Origin: an uncultured Gemmatimonadaceae bacterium
GTDB taxonomy: Bacteria > Gemmatimonadota > Gemmatimonadetes > Gemmatimonadales > Gemmatimonadaceae
Direction: 5' to 3'
Assembly: GCA_963790305.1 (NCBI GenBank)
Contig: CAWBOC010000009.1
Coordinates: 224,001 to 288,000 of the forward strand
DNA length: 64,000 bases
The notes under the pieces were generated by a model. It worked only from the letters and a program-made list of their open reading frames with translations. It was not told where the DNA came from and ran no database searches. The position numbers were made by a program, and so were the translations under genes. Shown here one piece after another: positions 30,579-39,968 of this stretch; the first letter of the stretch is position 1, and each line of letters opens with the position of its first letter.

Positions 30579-31256
30579 CTACGCCAGCGTCTTCAGTACC
30601 AGCTTGGATACCGCCTTCAGCGTCTCGAACACGCCCTCGCCGGTCACGGCGACCGCCTCGAAGTAGGGCGCGCGCTCCACCCATTCGCCGCTCTTGATCT
30701 GCTCGACCAGGTTCTCGCCGGCGTGATATGGGTCGGGGGTCACGCGCGCGCGCTGCGGATCGGAAACCTCCCAACCGGGATTGAGGGAGGACTGCAGCTC
30801 GCTGATGTTGGCCGCGTTCGGCAGATCGCGCTTGTTGTACTGCACGATGAACGGCATCCGCGTCAGGTCGTAGCCGTATTCCTGCATGTTGTCATACAGG
30901 TTCTGCATCGATTCCTGATTCGCTTCCATGCGCTCGATCTGCGAGTCCGCCACGAACACGATGCCGTCGACGCCCTTGAGAATCAGCTTGCGGCTCGCGT
31001 TGTAGTAGACCTGACCGGGCACCGTGTAGAGGTGAAAGCGCGTCTTGAAGCCCCGAATCGTGCCGAGGTCGACGGGGAGGAAATCGAAGAAGAGCGTGCG
31101 CTCGGTCTCTGTCGCCAGGGAGATCAGCTTCCCGCGCGTCGACGGATTCACCTTGCCATACACGTGCTCGAGGTTGGTGGTCTTCCCACCGAGCCCCGGG
31201 CCGTAATAAACGATTTTGCAGTTGATCTCGCGCGAGGCGTAATTGATCATCGACAT
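30579..31256 (-). CDS. mglA: MglA-family small GTPase
   Basis: [52 protein letters not shown]. Confidence 0.95.
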   Translation of the reverse strand: MSMINYASREINCKIVYYGPGLGGKTTNLEHVYGKVNPSTRGKLISLATETERTLFFDFLPVDLGTIRGFKTRFHLYTVPGQVYYNASRKLILKGVDGIVFVADSQIERMEANQESMQNLYDNMQEYGYDLTRMPFIVQYNKRDLPNAANISELQSSLNPGWEVSDPQRARVTPDPYHAGENLVEQIKSGEWVERAPYFEAVAVTGEGVFETLKAVSKLVLKTLA

Positions 31257-31271
31257 GGCCGTTCCCTCTCC

Positions 31272-31763
31272 TTACTGGAACAGCTTGTCGATCTCATCCT
31301 CGGCGCCCGCCAGGATGTTCTTCTCGGACTTCTGCTCGCCGGATTGCGCGCGCTGGAACATCTGGGCGAAGAGCTTCGTCAGCTCCTCGACCGTCTGCTT
31401 CACCTTGAGCCTCACGAGTCCCAACGTCGTGCGATTGTCGAACAGGATCACGAGGATCACGCGGCGGGCAATGTCCGCGAGATACATCGACTCCTGCTCG
31501 CCCTGGTGAAAGAGCGAGTTGAACTCGGTCTCGCCAATGAGGCGGGCGAGCTGATCGTTGGCGCTGAAGTCGGCAGCGGTGAGCGTCGCGAAGGCCGTGG
31601 GGTCGAACCGCGGCTGCTCCCCCACCGTGGCGACCAGCTGGCCGGAGCGATCGACGAGCAACGCGCAGCGCGCGTTGCTGTCATTGAGGAACTTCTGGAG
31701 CGACTTCTGAATCGCGCCGAAATCGTCCTCCGTGAACGACCAGCTTGCTGCACCAACGGGCAT
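31272..31763 (-). CDS. mglB: MglB roadblock/LC7 protein
   Basis: LARLIGETEFNSLFHQGE, FDNRTTLGLVRL, EIDKLF; directly upstream of mglA. Confidence 0.92.
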   Translation of the reverse strand: MPVGAASWSFTEDDFGAIQKSLQKFLNDSNARCALLVDRSGQLVATVGEQPRFDPTAFATLTAADFSANDQLARLIGETEFNSLFHQGEQESMYLADIARRVILVILFDNRTTLGLVRLKVKQTVEELTKLFAQMFQRAQSGEQKSEKNILAGAEDEIDKLFQ

Positions 31764-31774
31764 TGTGTCTCAGC

Positions 31775-32050
31775 CTAGGCGAGGGACTCTTCCATTCGGC
31801 GCAGGATGCGCAAGCCGCGCCGTTTCAGCTTGGCGTGCTTCTCCCAATTCACGTAGTCACGCAGGAGGAGGACGTTCTCCGTTGTGTGGTGTCCGCGGAG
31901 ATAGCCCAGGGCGGCGAGCCGGCGCAGCTTGCGATTGCTGAACAGATCGCGCCGGTACCTGCGTGTCTGCTGACTCCAGACGATTAAGCCCACCAGGAGG
32001 CCACCAGCGAAGCCTCCAGCGAGATAGAGCACGCCGTCCCGATTATTCAC
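31775..32050 (-). CDS. Small membrane-anchored hypothetical protein
   Basis: One TM segment (LYLAGGFAGGLLVGLIVW) and a basic helical tail; overlaps the recR stop. Confidence 0.7.
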   Translation of the reverse strand: MNNRDGVLYLAGGFAGGLLVGLIVWSQQTRRYRRDLFSNRKLRRLAALGYLRGHHTTENVLLLRDYVNWEKHAKLKRRGLRILRRMEESLA

Positions 32051-32634
32051 ATGGCCCTCCGAGCACTCAACGCCTGGGCGATGGTGACGCCGTCGGCATA
32101 CTCCAGGTCGCCCCCGATCGGGATCCCTCGAGCGATCCGCGTCACCGCTGCCCCCAATGGAGCGACCTGGCGCTGCACGAAGAGCGCGGTGGCCTCACCC
32201 TCGAGGCTCGGGTTGGTCGCGACGATGACTTCGCGGATGTCGCCGGACTCGATCCGGTCGGTCAACTGGCGGATGGTGAGATCGTCGGGGCCAATGCCAT
32301 CGAGGGGAGACAGCCGCCCGCCAAGCACGTGGTAGACCCCTCGGAACTCACCCGCTCGCTCGATGGCCCCAATGTCCGACGCCTCCTCGACGACGCAGAT
32401 GACGGTGCGATCGCGCCGTGCATCGCGGCAAATGCCACAGGGATCGGCCTCGGTGAGGTTGGAGCACACCGAGCACCGGTGCACCCGGTCGGACAGCTCC
32501 CCGAGCACCGTCGCCAGCCGCTTGCTCTGCTCGGGAGGCTGCTTGAGGAGGTGATATGTCAGGCGAAGTGCCGTCTTCCGACCGATGCCCGGAAGCTTCG
32601 CGAGCTCCGTGGCGAGGTCGTCGATCGCCGACAT
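32047..32634 (-). CDS. recR: Recombination mediator RecR
   Basis: LPGIGRKTALRL, C4 zinc finger, ICVVEE, YHVLGG, ATNPSLEGEATA. Confidence 0.97.
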   Translation of the reverse strand: MSAIDDLATELAKLPGIGRKTALRLTYHLLKQPPEQSKRLATVLGELSDRVHRCSVCSNLTEADPCGICRDARRDRTVICVVEEASDIGAIERAGEFRGVYHVLGGRLSPLDGIGPDDLTIRQLTDRIESGDIREVIVATNPSLEGEATALFVQRQVAPLGAAVTRIARGIPIGGDLEYADGVTIAQALSARRAM

Positions 32635-32635
32635 C

Positions 32636-32953
32636 CTAGAACGGCAGCTTGAAGGGGAGCGGGAGTCCGCCGGTGAGCTTGCGCATTTCCTCCTGCGCGA
32701 GGTCGGTCGCCTTCTTTTGTGCATCGGCGACCGCGACGGCGATGAGATCCTCCAGCATCTCGACGTCCGCGGGATTCACGACGCTCGGATCCAGCTTGAC
32801 GGAGCGCACCTGCCCCTTGCCATCGGCCGTGACGGACACCATGCCGCCACCGCTGACACCGGTGACGCTCATGTTCCCCAGCTCATCCTGAATCTGCTGC
32901 AGCTTGCCCTGCATCTGCTGCGCCTGTTGCAGGATCTTGGTGAAGTCGGCCAT
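32636..32953 (-). CDS. ybaB: YbaB/EbfC nucleoid-associated protein
   Basis: QAQQMQ, SGGGMVSV, DVEMLEDLI; between dnaX and recR. Confidence 0.95.
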   Translation of the reverse strand: MADFTKILQQAQQMQGKLQQIQDELGNMSVTGVSGGGMVSVTADGKGQVRSVKLDPSVVNPADVEMLEDLIAVAVADAQKKATDLAQEEMRKLTGGLPLPFKLPF

Positions 32954-32987
32954 GAGGAGGAAGCTATCGGGCGGGTTTGCGTAATAC

Positions 32988-33063
32988 AATGCAGAATGCG
33001 GATTGCGGAATGCGGAAATGCGTTGGGGGACCATTCGAATCCGCATTCCGCATCCCGCATTCT
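32988..33063. repeat. Palindrome of 7-bp (AATGCGG) tandem units
   Basis: AATGCAG AATGCGG ATTGCGG AATGCGG versus AATCCGCATTCCGCATCCCGCATTCT; same unit as 15011-15078. Confidence 0.88.
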
Positions 33064-33066
33064 CTC

Positions 33067-34746
33067 TCACTCGAGCAACTCGAGATCCAATTCCTCAATC
33101 GCTGCGTCTAACGCCGGATCTTTCTTCCGCAGCATCTGCGCGCGCTCCTGTCGGGCTTGATCCTCGGTGAGACGCTTCGGGGCATCGGCGACCGGCGTGC
33201 TGGGCTGCTCGACGCGCCGAACGACCACTTTCGTCGCACCATCGAAGGTGCCCGCGAGCGCGGCGATCACCTCTGCGGCGCCGCTTTCGATCGTCTTCTC
33301 GAAGATCTCGTTGGGTTTCTCGAGTTGAACGGTGATCGTACCATGCGCCGAGACGGCCACGGGAAGGGCGTGTTCGAGCGCTGACACGAGCATCGGGCGG
33401 CCCATCGATCGCACTCGGTCGACGACCTCTCCCCACCGCTCGCACAGAACGTTGAGGTCGAGCGCCGCACGCGGGGCGGGTTTGGGTGCCGGACTCGGGG
33501 CGTCGGCGCGTGGAGGGGGAACCGGCGATGGTTCCGCGCGGCGAGGCGACGGTCGCGGTGCATCCGGCACGCGGCGGCTCGTCGACGGCACGTTGTCTTG
33601 CGCGCCCGCTCCGCCACCGATGCCGCGCAGCAGATCCTCGAGCTCCACCGTGCGGTCGAGCAGCGCGAATCGCACCAGCAACGTCTCGAGCAGCAGCTGC
33701 TGTTGGGAGCTCTTGCGATAGAAGGGCTCGATCTCCGCGATCGCGCCGAGCATGCGGAGGAGATCAGGAGCCGTGAACCTGTCACGCCGGGCGCGCAGCG
33801 CCGCACGGGTTTGCTCCGACACTTCCGGTGCGTCGCCGCCGAGTGTGACGGCGAGCTGCGCGCGCAGGAGATCAGCGAGTCCGGCGAGAAAGACGGCGAA
33901 GTCGATGCCCGACTCGGCGAGGCGTCCAACCGCCGGAAAGACGTCGACCGCCCGCCGCTCGGCAATGAGCTCGAGGAGGCCGAGGTATTCGTCCTCGGGA
34001 ACGAGGCCAAGTGCGCTCCGAACGGCGCTCGCCGTGAGGCGGCCCTCGCCCATCGACAGAACCTGATCGGTCAGTGAGAGCGCGTCGCGCATGGAGCCGT
34101 CGGCCGCGCGGGCGATCATCGCCAGCGCGTCGTCGTCAGCGCCCACCCCTTCGGCCGCCAGTACGGTCATGAGGCGCTCGCGCACTTCCGCGGGCGAGAT
34201 GCGCTTGAAATCGAAGCGCTGGAGTCGGCTCATTACCGGCGCCGCGGCCTGCGTGATACGCTGCGGGTCCGTCGTCGCGAACACGAAGATCACTCGCGGC
34301 GGCGGCTCTTCGAGAATCTTGAGCAGCGCGTTCCATGCCTCACGAGTGAGCATGTGCGCTTCATCGACGATGTAGACCTTGAAGCGCCCTTCGGCCGTCG
34401 GGGCGTACATTGCGCGCTCGCGCAGCTCACGCGCGTCGTCCACGCCCCGATTGGAGGCGGCGTCGATCTCAATGACGTCGAGGCTCGCCGAGCCGCTCCA
34501 GATCCGGGTGCATGAGGCGCATTCCCCACAGGGCTCCCCCTCCGGAGCACCACGCTCGCAGTTCAGCGCCATCGCGAGAACGCGGGCGAGCGTCGTCTTC
34601 CCGACGCCGCGCGGCCCACACAGGAGATACCCATGCGCCACGCGCCCGCGCGCGATCGCTCCCTTCAGCGTGTTCGAGACGTGCGATTGCACCGCGACGT
34701 CGGCGAAGCGCTTGGGGCGATACTTCCGGGCGAGAGCGAGATACAT
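33067..34746 (-). CDS. dnaX: DNA polymerase III subunit gamma/tau
   Basis: LARKYRP, GPRGVGKTT, EIDAASNRGVDD, IVDEAHML, LLKILEEPP, GSMRDALSL. Confidence 0.97.
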   Translation of the reverse strand: MYLALARKYRPKRFADVAVQSHVSNTLKGAIARGRVAHGYLLCGPRGVGKTTLARVLAMALNCERGAPEGEPCGECASCTRIWSGSASLDVIEIDAASNRGVDDARELRERAMYAPTAEGRFKVYIVDEAHMLTREAWNALLKILEEPPPRVIFVFATTDPQRITQAAAPVMSRLQRFDFKRISPAEVRERLMTVLAAEGVGADDDALAMIARAADGSMRDALSLTDQVLSMGEGRLTASAVRSALGLVPEDEYLGLLELIAERRAVDVFPAVGRLAESGIDFAVFLAGLADLLRAQLAVTLGGDAPEVSEQTRAALRARRDRFTAPDLLRMLGAIAEIEPFYRKSSQQQLLLETLLVRFALLDRTVELEDLLRGIGGGAGAQDNVPSTSRRVPDAPRPSPRRAEPSPVPPPRADAPSPAPKPAPRAALDLNVLCERWGEVVDRVRSMGRPMLVSALEHALPVAVSAHGTITVQLEKPNEIFEKTIESGAAEVIAALAGTFDGATKVVVRRVEQPSTPVADAPKRLTEDQARQERAQMLRKKDPALDAAIEELDLELLE

Positions 34747-34841
34747 GGGGGCGAAAAAACGGGGCGGGAGGAGGGGCCGCTGAGAAGATACGCCGCCGAA
34801 ATGGAAACGCGCGAGCCCGGACGATAGTCCGGCGCCCGCGC

Positions 34842-34946
34842 GAGTGCCTCAGGTCTTACGGGGCAGCGTCCACCACACATACCGCTGCTACCTGCGGGGT
34901 CCTGACGGGATTAGTGAGCTCGCGCCCCCCGGGACCTGAGGCACTC
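34842..34946 (-). ncRNA. ffs: Signal recognition particle RNA (small 4.5S type)
   Basis: Perfect 14-bp terminal stem GAGUGCCUCAGGUC/GACCUGAGGCACUC; core CCGUCAGG...AGCAGCGG; conserved position upstream of dnaX-ybaB-recR. Confidence 0.9.
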
Positions 34947-34948
34947 TA

Positions 34949-34977
34949 AAGCTAGTCGGTCGCGCGCGGGGGTTCAA
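34949..34977 (-). promoter_or_regulatory. Sigma70-type promoter of ffs
   Basis: TTGAAC (34977-34972), 17-bp spacer, TAGCTT (34954-34949). Confidence 0.7.
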
Positions 34978-34983
34978 CTCAGG

Positions 34984-35063
34984 GGTTGTCGAGGTCGTCG
35001 AGGTGATCGAGGAGAGGCAAGGACGTTCCTCGATCACCTCGACACCCTCGACCACCTCGATCA
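34984..35063. repeat. Palindrome of 9-bp TCGAGGTNN tandem units
   Basis: GGTTGTCGA GGTCGTCGA GGTGATCGA GGA versus TCC TCGATCACC TCGACACCC TCGACCACC TCGATCA; ends in the ltaE stop codon. Confidence 0.88.
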
Positions 35064-36086
35064 CGTCATTTGCTCAAGCACCTCCGCAACGACCGTCGCA
35101 GCCTGCCGTACCGCGCTCTCGCCGACGTCCAGGTGGGTCACCGCGCGAATGCGCGACGACGACCAGGGCGTCAGGAGCACGTCGCGTCGCGCGGCCTCGG
35201 CCACTACCGCGAACGCGTCGATCGAGCGTGGCAGGTCGAGCATCACGATGTTGGTGTCGGGAGGAACGACGTGTGCGCCGGCGACGCCGTCGACGATCGA
35301 CGCGTAGACCTTCGCCGTCGCGTGATCCTCGACGATGCGCGACAAGTGGGCCTCGAGCGCATGAAGCGCCGCCGCGGCGAGGATTCCCGACTGCCGCATG
35401 CCGCCGCCAAAGCGCTTGCGCACCGACCATCCCTCCGCGATCAGGTCGCGCGGTCCGGCAAGCGCGGCACCGACGGGGCAGCCGAGCCCCTTCGAGAACG
35501 ACACCATGACGGTGTCGGCGATCGAGGCGAGGGTGGCCAGTGCTTCGCCGGTCGCCGCGGCCGCGTTCCAGAGGCGTGCACCATCGAGATGCACGGGGAG
35601 GGCATTCGCGCGCGCGACGGTCGCGATCTCGCGCATGGCGGCAAGCGACGTCACCCGCCCTCCAGCCCCGTTATGCGTGTTCTCGAGACATGCGAGTGAC
35701 GCGCGCGGCACATGAGGCGACGTCGGTCGAATCGCGGCCGACAAGGCAGCCGCGTCCATGACGGGATTGCCAGCAACGGGCCGCACCTGCACACCGGCAA
35801 GCGCGGCGGCACCCGCCACCTCGTAATGCAGGATGTGCGCACCGGCATCGAGCAGTATTTCGGTCCCCGGCCGCGAGAGAAGCCACACCGCGGCCTGGTT
35901 CGCCATCGTGCCGCTGGGGAAGAAGAGCGCGGCATCCTTCCCGAGCAGATCGGCGACGCGTTGCTCCAGGCGCCGGGTAGTCGGATCGCCGTCCAGCACG
36001 TCGTCGCCCACCTCCGCCTCCGCCATGGCGCGACGCATGGCGGGCGTGGGCTTCGTCACCGTATCGCTTCGCATGTCGATGCGCAT
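35061..36086 (-). CDS. ltaE: Low-specificity L-threonine aldolase
   Basis: IDMRSDTVTKP, PSGTMANQ, LENTHN, HLDGARLWNA, SKGLGCPVG, GGGMRQSG. Confidence 0.93.
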   Translation of the reverse strand: MRIDMRSDTVTKPTPAMRRAMAEAEVGDDVLDGDPTTRRLEQRVADLLGKDAALFFPSGTMANQAAVWLLSRPGTEILLDAGAHILHYEVAGAAALAGVQVRPVAGNPVMDAAALSAAIRPTSPHVPRASLACLENTHNGAGGRVTSLAAMREIATVARANALPVHLDGARLWNAAAATGEALATLASIADTVMVSFSKGLGCPVGAALAGPRDLIAEGWSVRKRFGGGMRQSGILAAAALHALEAHLSRIVEDHATAKVYASIVDGVAGAHVVPPDTNIVMLDLPRSIDAFAVVAEAARRDVLLTPWSSSRIRAVTHLDVGESAVRQAATVVAEVLEQMT

Positions 36087-36194
36087 TGGCGGAAGATGCG
36101 CGCTTCGGTTGTGACGGGAAAGCGCCCAATGGAAAAGCGGCCCGCTCTGATCGAGCGGACCGCTGGTCTCATGCAATCTGCTGTGCTGTGGACG

Positions 36195-36395
36195 CTACGG
36201 CTTTACCTCGACGGTCGGCCGCTTGACGACCAGCGTGTCCGTCGTCGTTCCTACATCGACATCGGGGGTGCGAACGGTATCCGTGGTCGTCCCGACCGTC
36301 GGGCGCTCGACCTCGTACTCTCCCTCCCCCGTCTTCTTGCAGCCCGCCAGCGTTATCGCTGTCGCGGTGAGTGCTACCAATGCGATTGTGCGCAC
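36195..36395 (-). CDS. Small lipoprotein
   Basis: GGAGGA RBS and GTG start; lipobox LAGC; short VxxPxV repeats. Confidence 0.7.
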   Translation of the reverse strand: MRTIALVALTATAITLAGCKKTGEGEYEVERPTVGTTTDTVRTPDVDVGTTTDTLVVKRPTVEVKP

Positions 36396-36449
36396 GAGGA
36401 ATCCTCCATGAGGCGTGCCTCTTCCCAAAGGGCAACCTTCGCGCCACGG

Positions 36450-37358
36450 TCAGTCCTCGAAGGTTTCCCGCTGCAAACGCCTGACGCGGCGAAGCTCATA
36501 TACCTGACCCACTTCGCCCCCCAGGATGAAGATCACCGCCGCATAGTAGACCCACGTCACCATGATGACGATGACGTAGAGCGTCCCCGTGTAGAGGCTA
36601 CCCGGTTTGAAGGATTCGAGAAACGCCGTGAAGCCGTACTTCGCCAGCTCGAACATCGTGCTCGTGAACGCGGCGGCGATCAGCGCGGCCTGCCAGCGAA
36701 CGCGACGCACAGGAAGAAACTTGTAGAGCGAGAAGAACATGAGGATGAGCACCGAGTACGCGAGCGCCCAGCCGACGTAGAATTCGAGCGTACCCATCAC
36801 ACCCTGCGCAATCCCGAAGCGCGAGAGCGCGCTGACGCCACGCGTGGTCGCCAGCGTCAGATACGCGCTGAGCACCGTGTTCGCGGCAAAGAGCAGCGAC
36901 GCGAGCACGGTGATCTTGATGTCGAAGATCTTGCCCTGGATGATCCCCCGCTCCTGCTCAATGTCGAAGATCTCGGCCAGCACCGTCCGCAGGGATCCGA
37001 ACAGACGCGTCGAAAACCACACGAACCCGATGGCACCGAAGAGGCCCACCTTGCCGCGGGCAGCGATGATCTCGTCGATCAGCTTGCGGAGCGGCGAATC
37101 GGCGCGCTCGGTGCCTGGCGGCAGCAGTCCGTTGATGAAGACCCAGATGCGCGACGAGGCGTCGGCCGCCGTCTGGTCGAGGATGTAGCCGAGCGCCGAG
37201 AAAAGCACGAGGACAAAGGGGACGGCGGCGAGGAGGAGGTTGAACGAGACACCTCCCGCCAGAAAAAAAATGCCATCCTCGCCCGCGTTGTCCCAGACGC
37301 GCTTGGCGTAGTCGCGAAGCGTCCACCCGATGCGCTTCGGGAGCGACCGGCGGGGCAT
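36450..37358 (-). CDS. YihY/virulence factor BrkB family membrane protein
   Basis: AGGVSFNLLLAAVP, LYKFLP, YTGTL, WVYYAAVIFILGGEV. Confidence 0.9.
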   Translation of the reverse strand: MPRRSLPKRIGWTLRDYAKRVWDNAGEDGIFFLAGGVSFNLLLAAVPFVLVLFSALGYILDQTAADASSRIWVFINGLLPPGTERADSPLRKLIDEIIAARGKVGLFGAIGFVWFSTRLFGSLRTVLAEIFDIEQERGIIQGKIFDIKITVLASLLFAANTVLSAYLTLATTRGVSALSRFGIAQGVMGTLEFYVGWALAYSVLILMFFSLYKFLPVRRVRWQAALIAAAFTSTMFELAKYGFTAFLESFKPGSLYTGTLYVIVIMVTWVYYAAVIFILGGEVGQVYELRRVRRLQRETFED

Positions 37359-37404
37359 GCGTTAGGCGCGACGGCGGCCGGGCGCCCGTTGGGCCGGCCG
37401 CCGC

Positions 37405-37899
37405 TCAGCCTTCGGCTTCGTCGAGATCCTCGTCGAGGTCCGCATCCACCGCCGCTTCGACGCGACCGCGGCGTCCGCGCGACTCCCGGGCGACGTCAGC
37501 GCCCGCCTGGTAGGCGGCCTTGCTCTCGGCGATGCGCCGCTCGAGGTCTTCGCGCGCCTGATGCGCCGCTTCGCGCCCCGCCTCGATGGCGCTCGCGGCC
37601 TGGCGGCGCTTGAGCTCGAGCGCCGAGCGGGCCGCCTCGAGCTTGTCCTCGACGGTGCGGCGCGCGTGCTCGTACCGGTCGGTGACGTTGTCGGCCAGCT
37701 CACCCGCTTTTTCGCGCGCCGCGCGTTTCACCTTGCGCGCCTCGCGCCGCAGCCGGCGGCGTGTCTCCAGCCCGGAATCGGGCGCGAGCAACAGAGCCAC
37801 CCCCGCCCCTAGCGCGATCCCGACCAGGAATGAGCCGAAGCTCCCACTGGTCCGCTCAATGACTACGTAGGCTTCGTCGTCGTACTCGTGTCTCGACAT
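37405..37899 (-). CDS. YtxH domain protein
   Basis: FLVGIALGAGVALLLAPDSGLETRRRL followed by a coiled coil. Confidence 0.88.
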   Translation of the reverse strand: MSRHEYDDEAYVVIERTSGSFGSFLVGIALGAGVALLLAPDSGLETRRRLRREARKVKRAAREKAGELADNVTDRYEHARRTVEDKLEAARSALELKRRQAASAIEAGREAAHQAREDLERRIAESKAAYQAGADVARESRGRRGRVEAAVDADLDEDLDEAEG

Positions 37900-37911
37900 G
37901 TGTGCGCTCTC

Positions 37912-39381
37912 CTAGCGCCGCTTTTTCGCCTTCGGTTCTTCCTTTTTCGCCTTCGTGGGCGGGGCGCTCACGGAACGCTTCTCGGGCCGCGCGGCCCCAT
38001 CCGCACCGTTGGATCCCATCAGGCGCGACAGCTCGCCACGCAGCTCGCCCGTGGACGTTCCGAGCAGCTTTGCCGACCGCTCCATGTCCCCTCCGGTGGA
38101 AGCGAAGGTACGGAGGATCAGCTGCCTCTTCGCGTCAGCAAGGGACGAGCCGACAGGAACGCTCACCACCGCCGGCACCTCACCGCTCGCCCGCAGGTGC
38201 CGGGGCACGATGTCGGCGGCGCCAATCGTCGAGCTGCGCGACATAATGACCGCCCGCTCGACCGCATTCTTCAGCTCCCGCACGTTGCCCGGCCAATTGT
38301 ACGACAGGATCCATTCCCAGGCGGCATCGTCGAAGCTGGTGACCTTCTTGTTGTTCTGGCGGGAGAATCGAATCAGGAACTCGTTCGCGAGGAGCTTGAT
38401 GTCCCCCACGCGCTCACGCAGCGGCGGGAGATAGATGGGTACGACGGCCAGGCGGTAGTACAGGTCTTCCCGAAGCTCGCCGTCAGCCAGGGCCTTCTCG
38501 AGATCCTTGTTCGTCGCCGCCACCACGCGGATGTCGACGCTGATCTCCTTCTTGCCGCCAAGGCGTCGCACTTGCCGTGACTCCAGCGAGCGCAGGAGCT
38601 TCACCTGGATGTCGGTGGGCATCTCGGCGACTTCGTCGAGAAAGATCGTGCCGCCGTGCGCGAGCTCGAAGGCGCCCTGCTTCTCGTTCGTGCTTCCGGT
38701 GAAGGCACCCTTCTCGTGGCCGAACAGCTCGTTCTCGAGGATGTCCTTCGGCAGCGCGGCGCAGTTGAGCGCGAAGAATGGACCCTTCTCGCGGTCGCTC
38801 TTGTTGTGCAGCGCACGCGCAACGAGCTCCTTGCCCGTGCCCGACTCGCCGAGGATGATGACGCTGGCAGTCAATGGCGCCACCGCCTCGATGAGCTGGT
38901 ACACCGAGCGCATCTGCTCCGACTGTCCAGTGAGCTCGCCGTAATGCGTGAGATTGGCGAGCTCGCTCGTCAACGCACGATTGGTCTGCTTCACCACGAA
39001 CTTGTCGACCGCCTTCGGGATGAGAGCCTTCAGGCGGTTGAGCTTTTCGCTGTTCAGCGGCTTCTCAATGTAGTCGTAGGCGCCCTGCCGCATCGCCTGC
39101 ACGGCGGAATCGACCGTCGCCTGGCCGGTGATGATGATGCACTCGGTGTGGATCTCACGCTGCTGCATCTCCTTGAGCAGCGCGAGTCCGTCGAGCTTCG
39201 GCATCTTGAGGTCGGCCAGGATGACGCCGTACGCGTCATTCGACAGACGCTCCAGCGCTTTCTGGCCATCGACGGCGACGTCGACGGCGTACCCCTCGTC
39301 GGAGAGGATCGCGCTCAACCCATCGGTGATCGCACGCTCATCGTCGGCGATCAGAATCTTCGCTGGCTGCTTCGTGGTCAT
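37912..39381 (-). CDS. Sigma54-dependent response regulator (NtrC/AtoC family)
   Basis: REC domain (ADDE, DLKMP), GESGTGKE, ELFGHEKGAFTG, FLDEV, WPGNVREL, HTH. Confidence 0.95.
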   Translation of the reverse strand: MTTKQPAKILIADDERAITDGLSAILSDEGYAVDVAVDGQKALERLSNDAYGVILADLKMPKLDGLALLKEMQQREIHTECIIITGQATVDSAVQAMRQGAYDYIEKPLNSEKLNRLKALIPKAVDKFVVKQTNRALTSELANLTHYGELTGQSEQMRSVYQLIEAVAPLTASVIILGESGTGKELVARALHNKSDREKGPFFALNCAALPKDILENELFGHEKGAFTGSTNEKQGAFELAHGGTIFLDEVAEMPTDIQVKLLRSLESRQVRRLGGKKEISVDIRVVAATNKDLEKALADGELREDLYYRLAVVPIYLPPLRERVGDIKLLANEFLIRFSRQNNKKVTSFDDAAWEWILSYNWPGNVRELKNAVERAVIMSRSSTIGAADIVPRHLRASGEVPAVVSVPVGSSLADAKRQLILRTFASTGGDMERSAKLLGTSTGELRGELSRLMGSNGADGAARPEKRSVSAPPTKAKKEEPKAKKRR

Positions 39382-39968
39382 TCTGTCTCGGCACTGCTGC
39401 GCGTTCGCGCAGGAAAGAGCAACGTCAGACCGGACGGCTCCGGCTGAAGCCGAACGTCGACGGGTAGTTTCGGGTTGACGCGTGGACCTGCGAACCGGGC
39501 GAGGACACGATCACCATTCCCGGAAATATGCACTCGAATCGCGACTCCCGGGCCCAGCATGTGGTCGAGTGTCGCCGCTAGCGCGGCTCTGGCGTCGTCC
39601 GCGGCCATGTCGATACCCGTGGACCCCTCGCTAAGGTCCAGAGAGACGCTGCCACCTTCCGCGCTGGCGAGCGCATCGTACAACGTGATCACAGGTCCTG
39701 CCAACACCGCCAGATCGCTCCGCGCCGGTCGGGCCAGGGCCAGCAGCGCGTCGATCAGCCTGGAGGCGCGTTCGAGCTCACCCGCCGCCGCCGTCGCGAA
39801 CGGCAGAACGGCGGCCGGCTCGACCGTTTGCCGCGTGCACCGTGACCGGACCACCTCGAGGTTGACGGCAACGGCATTCAGGGGATTCCTGATCTCATGC
39901 GCGACTCGCCCCGACAAATGCTGCAGTGCCCTCAACCATTCGTTGGACGAAGTGCCGTCCTCCCTCAT
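39378..39968 (-). CDS. Short HisKA-domain protein with degenerate ATPase domain
   Basis: H-box VAHEIRNPLNAV; no recognisable N, G1 or G2 boxes; 196 aa with no sensor domain. Confidence 0.75.
   Translation of the reverse strand: MREDGTSSNEWLRALQHLSGRVAHEIRNPLNAVAVNLEVVRSRCTRQTVEPAAVLPFATAAAGELERASRLIDALLALARPARSDLAVLAGPVITLYDALASAEGGSVSLDLSEGSTGIDMAADDARAALAATLDHMLGPGVAIRVHISGNGDRVLARFAGPRVNPKLPVDVRLQPEPSGLTLLFPARTRSSAETE

Noticed and set aside
37372..37403. GC hairpin CGGCGGCCGG/CCGGCCGCCG between the YtxH and YihY genes as a terminator
   Set aside because: No U-tract on either side, and all-GC stems arise easily at this base composition.
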